Shown here piece by piece: positions 5,294 through 13,798 of a DNA stretch of 15,727 nucleotides. Each line of letters opens with the position of its first letter. Positions within the stretch are counted from its first letter, which is position 1. The notes under the pieces are model-generated. The model did not search any database and was not told the DNA's origin. It saw nothing but the letters and a program-made list of their open reading frames with translations. The DNA comes from a virus, in the UHGV virus genome UHGV-0299427. One strand, given 5' to 3'. Made by a program: the position numbers and the translations under genes.

Positions 5294-8192
5294 TATCCGG
5301 GTCGCTTTCAGCGCCGTTGACAGGCTGACCCGGCCTGCCGAAAACGCCCGCCGCCTGATGGGGCAGTTTGGTGACTCCATCCAGCGAACGCAGGGGGCGA
5401 TCAAAAATCTCGAGCGTCAGGCGCGTTCATTTGAGCGCGCCCGTGACGCTGTCAGTAAAGCGGATGCTGGCATCGTGAAAGCACGACGCCAGCTTAACGC
5501 CCTTAATCAGTTACAACGCACGGGTACAGTGCTCAGCGAAAAACAACAAAAGCTGATGCAGCAGTTAAGCACCCGGCTTGAACGCCTGAATGAATCGCGC
5601 ACACGGGAAATTCAGAAAATGCGGGAGCTTGGCGGAGAGCTGAAACGCCACGGCATTTCCCTGACAGGCAGCGATAACACCATCCAGCAGGCCATCAGAC
5701 GCACCGAACAGTACAACAATCAGCTTGAACGCGAACGGCAGGCGCTTGCGCGTGTAACGCGTGCGCGTGAGCGGTATTCGCGCGCGCAGGAAACAGCAGG
5801 AAAACTGAAAACAGGTGGTGCGCTGGCAATTGGTGCGGCAGCGGCTGGCGGCTATGCTGCCGGGCGTTTTTTGCAGCCTGCGATCGGGTTCGGGAAAGAG
5901 ATGTCCCGCGTTCAGGCACTGACGCGAATCGACAAAAACAGCCTGCAGTTTAAGGCGCTGCGTGAGCAGGCGTTAAAACTTGGCTCTGAAACGCAGTTCA
6001 CCGCAGGCGATGCCGCCAGTGGGCAGGCATTTCTTGCAATGGCAGGCTTCACTCCGCAGGCCATTCAGGCTGCGCTTCCCGGCGTACTGAGCATGGCAAC
6101 GGCTGGCGGTATGGATCTCGGCGAGACGGCAGATATTGGCTCAAATATCCTGACGCAGTTCGGCCTTTCTGCTGACCAGATGGACCGGGTCGGAGACACA
6201 CTCACCGCAGCGTTTACCCGTACCAACACTGACCTTCGCGCACTGGGCGAAACCATGAAATATGCCGGTCCGGTGGCGGGTAAGCTGGGGATATCGCTGG
6301 AGCAGGCCGCAGCGATGGCGGGCGTGCTGGCGAATATGGGCATCAGAGGGAGTGATGCCGGGACGGCAATGCGTGCCAGCCTGGCTCGTCTGGCATCACC
6401 GCCAAAGGCGGCGGCAGAAGCTCTGAAAGAGCTGGGCGTGTCCGTCTCGGATGCCGGGGGCAAAATGCGCCCGATGGAAGATCTGCTGGCTGACCTTTAT
6501 AAAGCTACCCGCAAATACGGGGAAGTTGACCGGGTATCCTTCTTTAAGGACATCGCCGGGGAAGAGGCTTTCACATCGTTTATGGCACTCGTTGATGCGG
6601 CGGGTGACGGTTCCTTACCCAAACTGAGAAAAGAACTTGAGGGCGCACGCGGTGAGGCTGAACGCACGGCAAAGGTTATGGCCAACAACCTTGATGGCGA
6701 TCTGAAATCACTCGGCAGTGCATGGGAAGGGTTGCGCATCCGCATTGCAGATCTGATTGACGGTCCGCTGCGTTCTGTCACGCAGTGGCTCACGCGGGTG
6801 GTCTCAAAGGTGACGGCGCTGGCGCAGGCCCATCCGGTACTGACGCGCCAGTTACTGATAGCGGGAGGCGCACTGCTGGCGACAACAGCAACGGTTGGTT
6901 CGTTGTCTCTGGTTATTGGGGTGCTTCACGGGAAGCTGGCTACGTTACGTCTCGGTTTTTCTCTCCTGACAGGATCAATGAATGTCGTCAGGGTGCTGCC
7001 AGCACTATGGGGAATGGTAACAGGTTCCATCTCGTTGCTGGGTGGCGCTATCGGGGCGCTGTTCAGTCCGGTCGGATTGATTGTTGCCGCGTTTGTGGCT
7101 GCGGCAGTTCTCATCTGGAAATACTGGGAACCCATCAAGGCGTTTTATATCGGGGTGTTCAACGGGATTATGGAACGACTGGCTCCGTTGCGCGAAACCT
7201 TTGAACGGTTCGGTCCTGTTTTTGATGTCGTGCGCGATGGGATTATTCAGGTCTTTAACTGGTTTAAATCGCTGCTGTCACCGATGGAGTCCAGCAAGGA
7301 AACGCTGGATAAATGTACCAGTGCTGGCGAGATATTCGGTAACGTTCTTGGCGGTGCGTTACAGCTTGTTCTGACACCTGCAAAAATGCTACTGGATACG
7401 CTGGCGTGGATACTTGAAAAACTTGGCGTCCTTCCGGATGAAGCGGAAAGGGCGCGCAAGAAAATTGAAGACGCACAGCGTGCGGCCATTCTTCAGGACA
7501 AGGTTGCTCTGTTTCAGGGAGACATTGCGAAAATCAATCCGCCGAAGTCTGCGGAAAATGGCAATGGCACCGGAGGCGATAAACCCAAAGACAACAAACC
7601 GCTCACAGACAGCAATACCGGTACGCTACGCAGACTCAGCAAAATTGCTGATAACACAGGTAAGCTGGTTGATGAGACGAAAAAACGCATTGGCCCCGGT
7701 GATATTGTCTTTAAGAACCTGCCCCGCGCACTTGCCGTTCGTGGGGAGTGGCAGGAGCGGAAGATTGCGCAGGTCAGTAAGCCTGCCTCCGCAATTAATA
7801 TCACACCCGTGGTCCCTGCTCCGCTGCCTCTGGCGCTGGTCCCTGGTGGGGAGTGGCAGGAGCGGAAGATTGCGCAGGTCAGTAAGCCTGCCCCCGCAAT
7901 TAATACCACACCCGTGGTCCCGGCTCCGCTGCCTCCGGCGCTGGTCCCTGTTGTTGCGGCCAGCTCCCGCCCGGTGGCGGAGGCCATACGATCGCCAGTG
8001 GCATCAGTTCCTGTAACTTCCCGTAACCGGGAGCCTGTTGCCTCCGGATTTGGTGGTGAAATTCATGTTCATCTGCATAACGTTGTTACGCAGAATCCCC
8101 GCGAACTGGCGAAACTGGTCGGTGAAATGGTCAGGGCAGAAATGGAACGGCGCGCCCGTGCCGGGCGTGGCAGTTTTTACGATAAAGATTGA
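5280..8192 (+). CDS. T: Tail tape measure protein (gpT-like), about 970 aa; start codon uncertain (GTG 5244, ATG 5271 or ATG 5280)
   Basis: Long Ala/Gly/Leu-rich protein with coiled-coil-like N-terminus and hydrophobic segments, between E/E' and U. Contains a 105-bp in-frame tandem duplication. Confidence 0.9.
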   Translation: MKTLDIRVAFSAVDRLTRPAENARRLMGQFGDSIQRTQGAIKNLERQARSFERARDAVSKADAGIVKARRQLNALNQLQRTGTVLSEKQQKLMQQLSTRLERLNESRTREIQKMRELGGELKRHGISLTGSDNTIQQAIRRTEQYNNQLERERQALARVTRARERYSRAQETAGKLKTGGALAIGAAAAGGYAAGRFLQPAIGFGKEMSRVQALTRIDKNSLQFKALREQALKLGSETQFTAGDAASGQAFLAMAGFTPQAIQAALPGVLSMATAGGMDLGETADIGSNILTQFGLSADQMDRVGDTLTAAFTRTNTDLRALGETMKYAGPVAGKLGISLEQAAAMAGVLANMGIRGSDAGTAMRASLARLASPPKAAAEALKELGVSVSDAGGKMRPMEDLLADLYKATRKYGEVDRVSFFKDIAGEEAFTSFMALVDAAGDGSLPKLRKELEGARGEAERTAKVMANNLDGDLKSLGSAWEGLRIRIADLIDGPLRSVTQWLTRVVSKVTALAQAHPVLTRQLLIAGGALLATTATVGSLSLVIGVLHGKLATLRLGFSLLTGSMNVVRVLPALWGMVTGSISLLGGAIGALFSPVGLIVAAFVAAAVLIWKYWEPIKAFYIGVFNGIMERLAPLRETFERFGPVFDVVRDGIIQVFNWFKSLLSPMESSKETLDKCTSAGEIFGNVLGGALQLVLTPAKMLLDTLAWILEKLGVLPDEAERARKKIEDAQRAAILQDKVALFQGDIAKINPPKSAENGNGTGGDKPKDNKPLTDSNTGTLRRLSKIADNTGKLVDETKKRIGPGDIVFKNLPRALAVRGEWQERKIAQVSKPASAINITPVVPAPLPLALVPGGEWQERKIAQVSKPAPAINTTPVVPAPLPPALVPVVAASSRPVAEAIRSPVASVPVTSRNREPVASGFGGEIHVHLHNVVTQNPRELAKLVGEMVRAEMERRARAGRGSFYDKD
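7741..7950 (+). repeat. Two tandem copies of a 105-bp (35-codon) unit within the tape measure gene
   Basis: 7741-7845 and 7846-7950 differ at about 4 positions. Protein repeat is VRGEWQERKIAQVSKPA(S/P)AIN(I/T)TPVVPAPLP(L/P)ALVP. Confidence 0.85.
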
Positions 8193-8204
8193 GGAGTCAT
8201 GGCC

Positions 8205-8693
8205 ATGATGATGATCTACGGCATGTTTGTTTTTGAGCTGCGCACGTTGCCGCATCAGCAGTTACAGCAAAGCAAAAGCTGGCGGCATGTGAAAAATGAA
8301 CGCGTTAACCGTTCAGCAAGCTGGCAGTATATCGGTGCAGGTGATGATCGCATCGTGCTTTCAGGCGTGCTTTATCCTGAAATTACAGGTGGCGAAGTGT
8401 CGCTTTCGTTGCTGACCACGCAGGCATATACAGGACGCCCCTGGCCTCTGATTGATGGTGTCGGGCAGATTTACGGCATGTATGTCCTGACCGAAACGAA
8501 TACGACCCGTTCCGAGTTTGATCGCTACGGTAAGGCGAAAAAGATAGAATTTTCACTGACCCTTGAACGCTGTGATGAGGATTTGCGGGAGCGCCTGCAA
8601 TCCTCATCGTTCAGTGATATGCTGTCCGGCTTCAAAGATAAGGTCACATCATCCCTTAACAGCGCGGCCAGCTCCGTTAAAGGGCTGTTTTGA
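8205..8693 (+). CDS. U: Tail protein gpU-like (about 162 aa); start at ATG 8205 preferred over 8199
   Basis: Follows T with SD GAGGAG; size and position fit P2 U. ATG 8199 is only 2 nt from the SD, 8205 is 8 nt. Confidence 0.85.
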   Translation: MMMIYGMFVFELRTLPHQQLQQSKSWRHVKNERVNRSASWQYIGAGDDRIVLSGVLYPEITGGEVSLSLLTTQAYTGRPWPLIDGVGQIYGMYVLTETNTTRSEFDRYGKAKKIEFSLTLERCDEDLRERLQSSSFSDMLSGFKDKVTSSLNSAASSVKGLF

Positions 8694-8700
8694 TTAACGC

Positions 8701-8730
8701 AAAACCGCTAATGGTCAGATTAGCGGTTTT
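8701..8730. terminator. Perfect 12-bp-stem hairpin (AAAACCGCTAAT ggtcag ATTAGCGGTTTT) between convergent U and invertase genes; bidirectional terminator candidate
   Basis: Seen directly. T-run follows on the plus strand. The invertase stop codon (8720-8722) lies inside the stem. Confidence 0.6.
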
Positions 8731-9319
8731 CATTTTCCTGAGTCTGCCTGGTTGTTGCTTCAGCCTGTATATCGCCTACAGGGTGATAACGATAAATCGT
8801 CGATATGCCGATGTCGTAAATGATCGCCAGTTGTTTCCTGTCATGACCGTTTTTAATCAGCCTTGCTATTTGCTCGTGTTGTTCTTTTGTCAACTTCGGG
8901 CGACGTCCGCCAATGCGTCCTTGTGCGCGTGCTGCTGCCAGCCCGGCCAGTGTACGTTCTACAATTAATTCACGTTCCATTTCGGCTAAAGCCCCCATGA
9001 CGTGAAAAAAGAAACGCCCCATGGGTGTTGACGTGTCAATGCTGTCCGTCAGACTACGGAAATTAACACCTTTTTCCCGCAATTCCTCAATAAGCGTGAT
9101 CAGGTGTTTCATACTTCTGCCCAGTCTGTCCAGCTTCCAGACAACCAGCGTATCTCCTTCTGATAGCGTTCTGAGCAGTTTTTTCAATCCCGGTCTGGTT
9201 GATTTCGTTCCGCTGATTTTATCTTCAAAAATCAGTTCACATCCTGCGCAGTTCAGTGCATTGCGTTGTAAATCCGTGTTCTGGTCGTTTGTTGACACAC
9301 GAATATAGCCAATTTGCAT
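8720..9319 (-). CDS. Serine-recombinase DNA invertase (Hin/Gin/Cin/Pin, Din family), 199 aa
   Basis: MQIGYIRVSTNDQNTDLQ… with catalytic Ser motif and C-terminal HTH (…AIIYDIGISTIYRY…). Track ORF trimmed to ATG 9319 with SD AAGAGGA. Adjacent to the invertible tail fibre segment. Confidence 0.9.
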   Translation of the reverse strand: MQIGYIRVSTNDQNTDLQRNALNCAGCELIFEDKISGTKSTRPGLKKLLRTLSEGDTLVVWKLDRLGRSMKHLITLIEELREKGVNFRSLTDSIDTSTPMGRFFFHVMGALAEMERELIVERTLAGLAAARAQGRIGGRRPKLTKEQHEQIARLIKNGHDRKQLAIIYDIGISTIYRYHPVGDIQAEATTRQTQENENR

Positions 9320-9373
9320 AAAAAACATCCTCTTTGTTTCGTGAAAAATACAGAGTTGGTATAGGTAGGGATA

Positions 9374-9399
9374 AAAACGAAAACGTTGGTTTGGGAGAA
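9374..9399. other. Left crossover site of the invertible segment (reverse complement TTCTCCCAAACC AA CGTTTTCGTTTT)
   Basis: Shares the 15-nt core TTGGTTTGGGAGAAG (9386-9400) in inverted orientation with 11209-11223. Resembles recalled gix/cix/hix half-site architecture (AAACC-NN-GGTTT). Confidence 0.6.
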
Positions 9400-9738
9400 G
9401 CGGCAAAAAGGAATGTGGGGACAGGGACGAATCAGATACCTGATATGGGTAGCTTCACGCTTTCTGTTTCAGGTACTGGATATCAAAAATTACCATCTGG
9501 TTTTATTCTTCAGTGGGGCTCAATCGGCGCACCAAGCATTGCACAGGATGTGGTAACCCATTTTCCGATTGCATTTCCAAACAGATGTCTGCGTGTTTTG
9601 GTCTCACAAGACTACACACCAGATAGCGGGGCTGTTGGTTATATTGCCTGTGCAGGTTTTAGTTCCGACCCGGTTAAATTTATATCCAGAGCCAGTACTC
9701 CTGGCCTCGGCGCTTCATTTTTAGCGTTAGGCTGTTAA
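9386..9738 (+). CDS. Alternative tail fibre C-terminal segment (Hv'), silent in this orientation; no start codon of its own
   Basis: Reading frame is continuous with the shared core (…VGLGEAAK…), which matches the …LGLGEGS… junction in H. Would fuse to the H constant region after inversion. Track ORF 9334..9738 begins at an incidental ATG. Confidence 0.6.
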
Positions 9739-9760
9739 TTTAGCTATATGGAGTGAAAAA

Positions 9761-10201
9761 ATGAATTACATATATTCCGCGACGACAAACTCTTTCTATC
9801 CCTTGGAGATGAAAGAGGATTACACACAAGCTGACTCATGGCCAGATGATGCTGTTGAAGTTGATGAGCAAGTGTATATTGAGTTTTCCGGATTACCGCC
9901 GAAAGGAAAAATCCGTATCGCTGGAGAAAATGGTTTTCCTGCATGGTCTGAAATTCCACCACCAACACATGAGGAACAGATTGCTGCAGCCGAACAGGAA
10001 AAGCAGCAACTGATTAATCAGGCCAACGATTATATGAACAGTAAACAATGGCCTGGTAAAGCGGCTATTGGTCGTCTGAAAGGTGAGGAACTGGCGCAAT
10101 ATAATTTGTGGCTGGATTATCTGGACGCACTGGAACTGGTCGATACTTCCGGTGCGCCAGATATTGAATGGCCTACGCCTCCGGCAGTTCAGGCCAGATG
10201 A
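9761..10201 (+). CDS. Tail fibre assembly protein (tfa', alternative copy), 146 aa
   Basis: C-terminal …DTSGAPDIEWP… motif homologous to the minus-strand tfa C-terminus. SD GGAGTG. Convergent 29-nt overlap with tfa. Confidence 0.8.
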   Translation: MNYIYSATTNSFYPLEMKEDYTQADSWPDDAVEVDEQVYIEFSGLPPKGKIRIAGENGFPAWSEIPPPTHEEQIAAAEQEKQQLINQANDYMNSKQWPGKAAIGRLKGEELAQYNLWLDYLDALELVDTSGAPDIEWPTPPAVQAR

Positions 10202-10766
10202 CATCCGGCGCGGTGCTGGTATCTGTTGTCGTCACCGCGTCAATGTAATCAAGCACGGCGTTAAGCCGGGTGGTTTCTGCCTGCGTCAGCTTCCGCCCGG
10301 CCTGTAATTTCAGCTGAATCAGACTGATGGAAGCCATTGCAGCATCAATCAGTGACTGGCGCTGTGCTTCTGCCGCTTCTACTGCGGCACCGTGTTGTGC
10401 CTCAGTATCTGTCACCCATTTCTCACCATCCCATTTATCATATGGCGTTAACGGTGAAAGCGTGACATAACCGTTTTTGATGGCACCGATATAATCCACT
10501 GTAACAGCAGCACCATTTTCGATTGAGTAAACAGTCTCATTGCGATGGTCTTCTTCATGGCTCCATCCCTTACCTGTAAATACTGCCACTCTTCCCGGAA
10601 TGTTTTCGCCAGGGTCAATACCAGTGGAACAGGCGGGCATACTTACGCCAGTATTAATATATTCATCAGACCAGCCCGTATACTCAGATGTTTCAGCATC
10701 ATAATAAAAACAACGCATATCGCCCGGCACTGTAGCCAGCCCATTTTCATCAAAAACAGGTTTCAT
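10173..10766 (-). CDS. Tail fibre assembly protein (tfa, expressed copy; gpG-equivalent), 197 aa
   Basis: Start overlaps the H stop (TAATG). C-terminal …DTSTAPDVIWP… motif. Confidence 0.85.
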   Translation of the reverse strand: MKPVFDENGLATVPGDMRCFYYDAETSEYTGWSDEYINTGVSMPACSTGIDPGENIPGRVAVFTGKGWSHEEDHRNETVYSIENGAAVTVDYIGAIKNGYVTLSPLTPYDKWDGEKWVTDTEAQHGAAVEAAEAQRQSLIDAAMASISLIQLKLQAGRKLTQAETTRLNAVLDYIDAVTTTDTSTAPDVIWPELPEA

Positions 10767-12301
10767 TATTTAGCCCTCACCAGAAAGTTAAATGCAATAT
10801 TTCGCGGTCTGACAGCAACAAAATTCACACCATCACCCAAAGAGTTACTGGTGAAATTAAATCGTGAAAATCCTGGCTGATTTCCGGCGATGCCATCATG
10901 AAAATTAATTGCGTGTCCCGCACCTCCGCCTATATTCCCGGCAAACTGAGAAAAGTTTGTAGCTGCCTGCCAGCTTAATAATTTGCGACCACCGTCTGCA
11001 CCTCGCCCGTCATCCCAGATACGAATGAAATCACCGCGGGCTTCAGGTAATACCAGCGAAGGAAACACTTTTGCCAGCACAGGGTAATCAGAGGCAGAAA
11101 ATTTCGCCCCGTTGAACTTCAAAAACACCATACTGGACCAGCTTTTGATTACGGTATCTGGCATTGCGGCGGACGGCCAGAAGAACGGAACGCCAATAGC
11201 TGGAGAACCTTCTCCCAAACCAAGGTAATTGAGGACATCTTTTATACTGCCCTTAGCGATAATAGCGCGACCAATAGCTGTAAGGGTTGCCAGCGCTGCG
11301 CGGTCTGCTCCGGTAAAATAAGGCAACCGATCTGCTGCAGTGACAAGTCCTGCCAGAGCAGTGAGCGTGGCATCTGCCGGTTGTTTTCCGTTTGCCAGAT
11401 CGTATGCAGCCTTGACCGCTTTCGGTGTGGCGGCCAGTATTTCAGACGTGCTGTTGATGGCACTGCTCAATTGTACGGTGCCTTTTGCCGTCAGCGAGGC
11501 AGCAGGCACTCCCGTTATCTGACTCCACGGGTGAGTGTGGCTGACGGGTGCCTTGCCAGCTGCAAGGTCGTATGCAGCCTTGACGGCTTTTGGTGTGGCG
11601 GCCAGCGTTTCAGAGGTGCTGTTGGTGGCACTGCTCAGTTGTACGATCCCTTTACGGGTCGTTGTTGCATCCTGGGCTGTGTATTTTCCCCGGGCCAGAT
11701 CATACGCGATTTTCACAGCCTTCGGCGTGGCAGCCTCAGTTTCTGATTGACTGTCCGTGGCGCTGCTAAGTTGAACAAAGCCTTTTGCGGTCAGCGAGGC
11801 GTCCGGGTGACGTCGTGACTGCTCGTGCTTTGAGATTTTATCATCCACATATTTGCGGGTTGCCAGAACCACAGACGGGTCGATTTTCAGCGTGATGGCT
11901 TTGGTGTTCGTGACAACCAGAATCATGCGGATAGTCTGGGTGCGTCCACTGCCTTCCTGCAACTGCGGTTTGTACGTTTCCGGGCAGTTTGCCACCGCAA
12001 TGAGTACACCTTTATCATCATAAAGACCAATCTCACGGATCCAGAATCCTCCCTCGTCTTCAGGGATGATTTGCTCCGCAATAATCTGGCTCTGATTGTT
12101 AGGGTCAACACTCAGAAGATTCAGCGGTGCAATGCGTTTCTGGTTAATCAGTTTTGTTTGTGCAGGGTTTGGTGTTGGTAACACACCATTTGCATCACCA
12201 ACGGCCATTTGCGTCAGATTCAGCTTACTGCCGAGCATCGTCGCGTTAGCCAGTCGTGCCGCGCCCTGATTAGTCAGAATGGCGTAGTATTTCATTGTCA
12301 T
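10766..12301 (-). CDS. H: Tail fibre protein (gpH-like), 511 aa; constant N-terminal part about residues 1-364 and a variable C-terminal part inside the invertible segment
   Basis: N-terminus …MAVGDANGV… is P2 H-like. Three internal about 35-aa fibre repeats. Crossover core lies at codons about 360-364. Confidence 0.9.
   Translation of the reverse strand: MTMKYYAILTNQGAARLANATMLGSKLNLTQMAVGDANGVLPTPNPAQTKLINQKRIAPLNLLSVDPNNQSQIIAEQIIPEDEGGFWIREIGLYDDKGVLIAVANCPETYKPQLQEGSGRTQTIRMILVVTNTKAITLKIDPSVVLATRKYVDDKISKHEQSRRHPDASLTAKGFVQLSSATDSQSETEAATPKAVKIAYDLARGKYTAQDATTTRKGIVQLSSATNSTSETLAATPKAVKAAYDLAAGKAPVSHTHPWSQITGVPAASLTAKGTVQLSSAINSTSEILAATPKAVKAAYDLANGKQPADATLTALAGLVTAADRLPYFTGADRAALATLTAIGRAIIAKGSIKDVLNYLGLGEGSPAIGVPFFWPSAAMPDTVIKSWSSMVFLKFNGAKFSASDYPVLAKVFPSLVLPEARGDFIRIWDDGRGADGGRKLLSWQAATNFSQFAGNIGGGAGHAINFHDGIAGNQPGFSRFNFTSNSLGDGVNFVAVRPRNIAFNFLVRAK
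11210..11235. other. Right crossover site of the invertible segment (TTCTCCCAAACC AA GGTAATTGAGGA), inside gene H
   Basis: Core 11209-11223 is the exact reverse complement of 9386-9400. Confidence 0.6.
11384..11806. repeat. Three imperfect intragenic repeats in H (phage tail fibre repeat, (A/R)KG(F/I/T)VQLSSA…ATPKAVK(A/I)AYDLA)
   Basis: Protein repeats start at residues 172, 216 and 272 (spacing 132 and 168 bp). They also generate the spurious plus-strand ORFs at 11381-11750. Confidence 0.7.
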
Positions 12302-12906
12302 GCGTTTACTCTCAGATTATCAATTAAATGAATGGCCGGGGCAGGGAAATAATCCCCTTCGACAATAATGGACTCCGGGGTGTAGGGGTAAACCGTCAGG
12401 GCATCGCCGTGATAGCATCCCGTACCAACGAAAATCTTTCCGTTCACACTCAGACTGATCGCCAGCCCTGTCAGATGGCGACTTACTGGTTTTGCATCCG
12501 CAATAAGGCGTTCAAGTTCCTGATGCATTTCATCGGTGATGCCCTGATCAAGTACTCCGACAACAATGCGAAATGTCCCAGGCTCCTCATTGAGTTGCCA
12601 CCACTCCTTTACTTCAATCAGGTAGCCGAGAGGCTCCACGGCTCTTCGCAGTGCGCTGATGGTCCCTTTGTGTCGGTGTATCAGCCATGCATCACGAATC
12701 ACCTGTCGCTTTGTCTCTTCCGGCCAGTTGCGATCCCAGCGGTCAACGGAAAACGCCCAGGCGAGATAAGGCAGCAGATGCACCGGGCAGGTGTCCGGCG
12801 ACCACAACGTGTTGAGGTCTACCGGAATGTCTGTAATGCGTGTTCCGACGGCTTCGGCACAACGCATGAAATTGCTGGCTGATGGGGGTAACAACGAATT
12901 ACTCAT
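12298..12906 (-). CDS. I: Baseplate assembly protein I (gpI-like), about 202 aa
   Basis: Track ORF trimmed to ATG 12906, which overlaps the J stop. Its stop overlaps the H start (ATGA). Confidence 0.85.
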   Translation of the reverse strand: MSNSLLPPSASNFMRCAEAVGTRITDIPVDLNTLWSPDTCPVHLLPYLAWAFSVDRWDRNWPEETKRQVIRDAWLIHRHKGTISALRRAVEPLGYLIEVKEWWQLNEEPGTFRIVVGVLDQGITDEMHQELERLIADAKPVSRHLTGLAISLSVNGKIFVGTGCYHGDALTVYPYTPESIIVEGDYFPAPAIHLIDNLRVNA

Positions 12907-13795
12907 TGCGTCCACCTTCGCTGATGGTGAATGACTCACAGCGCGCCGCCTGTATGTCGCTGATGGCCATATTCTGTGTGGGTTCGATTATCTCCACGCG
13001 TTGCACACCGTGCACATGCAGTGCGGCAGCAATGGCGGACAACGCCACGTCCTGACCGATAAGCCCCTGCTCAGCCAGCCACTTCCTGAACGACGATTCA
13101 GCCGCGGCCAGAATAGGTTCGGATTCCGGGCCGGGGTAAAAGTACAGTTTTGCATTCAGCCGCCATGTCACGATTCTGGCGCTCTGTACGGTCAGGCGGT
13201 CGGCCACCGGGCGGGTATCCTCTGCATTCAGAGTGGCGCGAACGGTATTAAGCAACGCCTCCGTTGCTGTGCCGTCGCCTTCAGTGGACAGAATGGAAAC
13301 CGTCACGTTGGCCGGAGACGGGCTGATGGCTCGCGCGTCGCGTACCAGACCGCTGGCGCTGCGTGCAAAATACTCGTATGCGCCTGACGGGCCAGCAACA
13401 CTCAGACCGTCATACGCCCGTTGCGCCCGCAGTCTCAGCGATGTGTCGCTTTCCATCACCGCGTCGGTGGTATCCGTTGCCGGAGTGATAACCAGGCGCT
13501 TTGTGTTCATATTGCCCGCGAGGTTGTCCAGGTCTGTCCCGGCGCTGTGGCTTAACATGCAGGCGCGTGCACCCTCATTGACCCGCTGGCGTAACAGCAT
13601 TTCACGAAACGCTGTTGTCTGGGCGATAACGTTCAGGGGTTCTGATTCCAGCTCCAGCGCGGCGGAGACGGCTTCACGCTGTTCGGCAGGATAGGACGCA
13701 ATCATCATGGCCTTTGTGTCAGCCAGAATTGCCTCAAAATCAGGCTTCGCGATGATGGCGGGTTCCGGTAACTGGGAAAGGTCAACAGCAGGCAT
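12899..13795 (-). CDS. J: Baseplate assembly protein J (gpJ-like), 298 aa
   Basis: Size and position between W and I; typical translational coupling. Confidence 0.9.
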   Translation of the reverse strand: MPAVDLSQLPEPAIIAKPDFEAILADTKAMMIASYPAEQREAVSAALELESEPLNVIAQTTAFREMLLRQRVNEGARACMLSHSAGTDLDNLAGNMNTKRLVITPATDTTDAVMESDTSLRLRAQRAYDGLSVAGPSGAYEYFARSASGLVRDARAISPSPANVTVSILSTEGDGTATEALLNTVRATLNAEDTRPVADRLTVQSARIVTWRLNAKLYFYPGPESEPILAAAESSFRKWLAEQGLIGQDVALSAIAAALHVHGVQRVEIIEPTQNMAISDIQAARCESFTISEGGRNE

Positions 13796-13798
13796 GAT

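Larger units (their letters stand above)
9374..11235. other. Invertible tail fibre segment (Mu G-segment / P1 C-segment type) carrying two alternative fibre C-termini and their assembly genes
   Basis: Bounded by inverted crossover sites, invertase gene immediately outside. Internal mirror symmetry: Hv + tfa on minus, Hv' + tfa' on plus. Confidence 0.7.

Noticed and set aside
7741-7950. Possible CRISPR array
   Set aside because: Only two contiguous copies with no spacers, in frame within a coding gene. This is a tandem duplication.
5695-8016. Several alternative-frame ORFs inside the tape measure gene (5695..5919, 6065..6463, 6497..6793, 6785..7204, 7414..8016, 7514..7987)
   Set aside because: Typical open frames in a GC-rich, repeat-containing gene. 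The 7414-8016 pair simply mirrors the 105-bp tandem duplication.
8720-8790. Invertase C-terminal tail (…GDIQAEATTRQTQENENR) as evidence of a fusion at the inversion breakpoint
   Set aside because: Din-family invertases commonly have short variable tails after the HTH, and no homology to the other breakpoint was found.
9320-9406. Upstream extension of the invertase ORF (track 8720..9406)
   Set aside because: Conserved invertase N-terminus MQIGYIRVS begins at ATG 9319 with a good SD. The extension would cover the crossover site and promoter region.
11340-11750. Plus-strand ORFs 11340..11522, 11381..11746 and 11535..11750
   Set aside because: Antisense frames generated by the repetitive fibre repeats of gene H.
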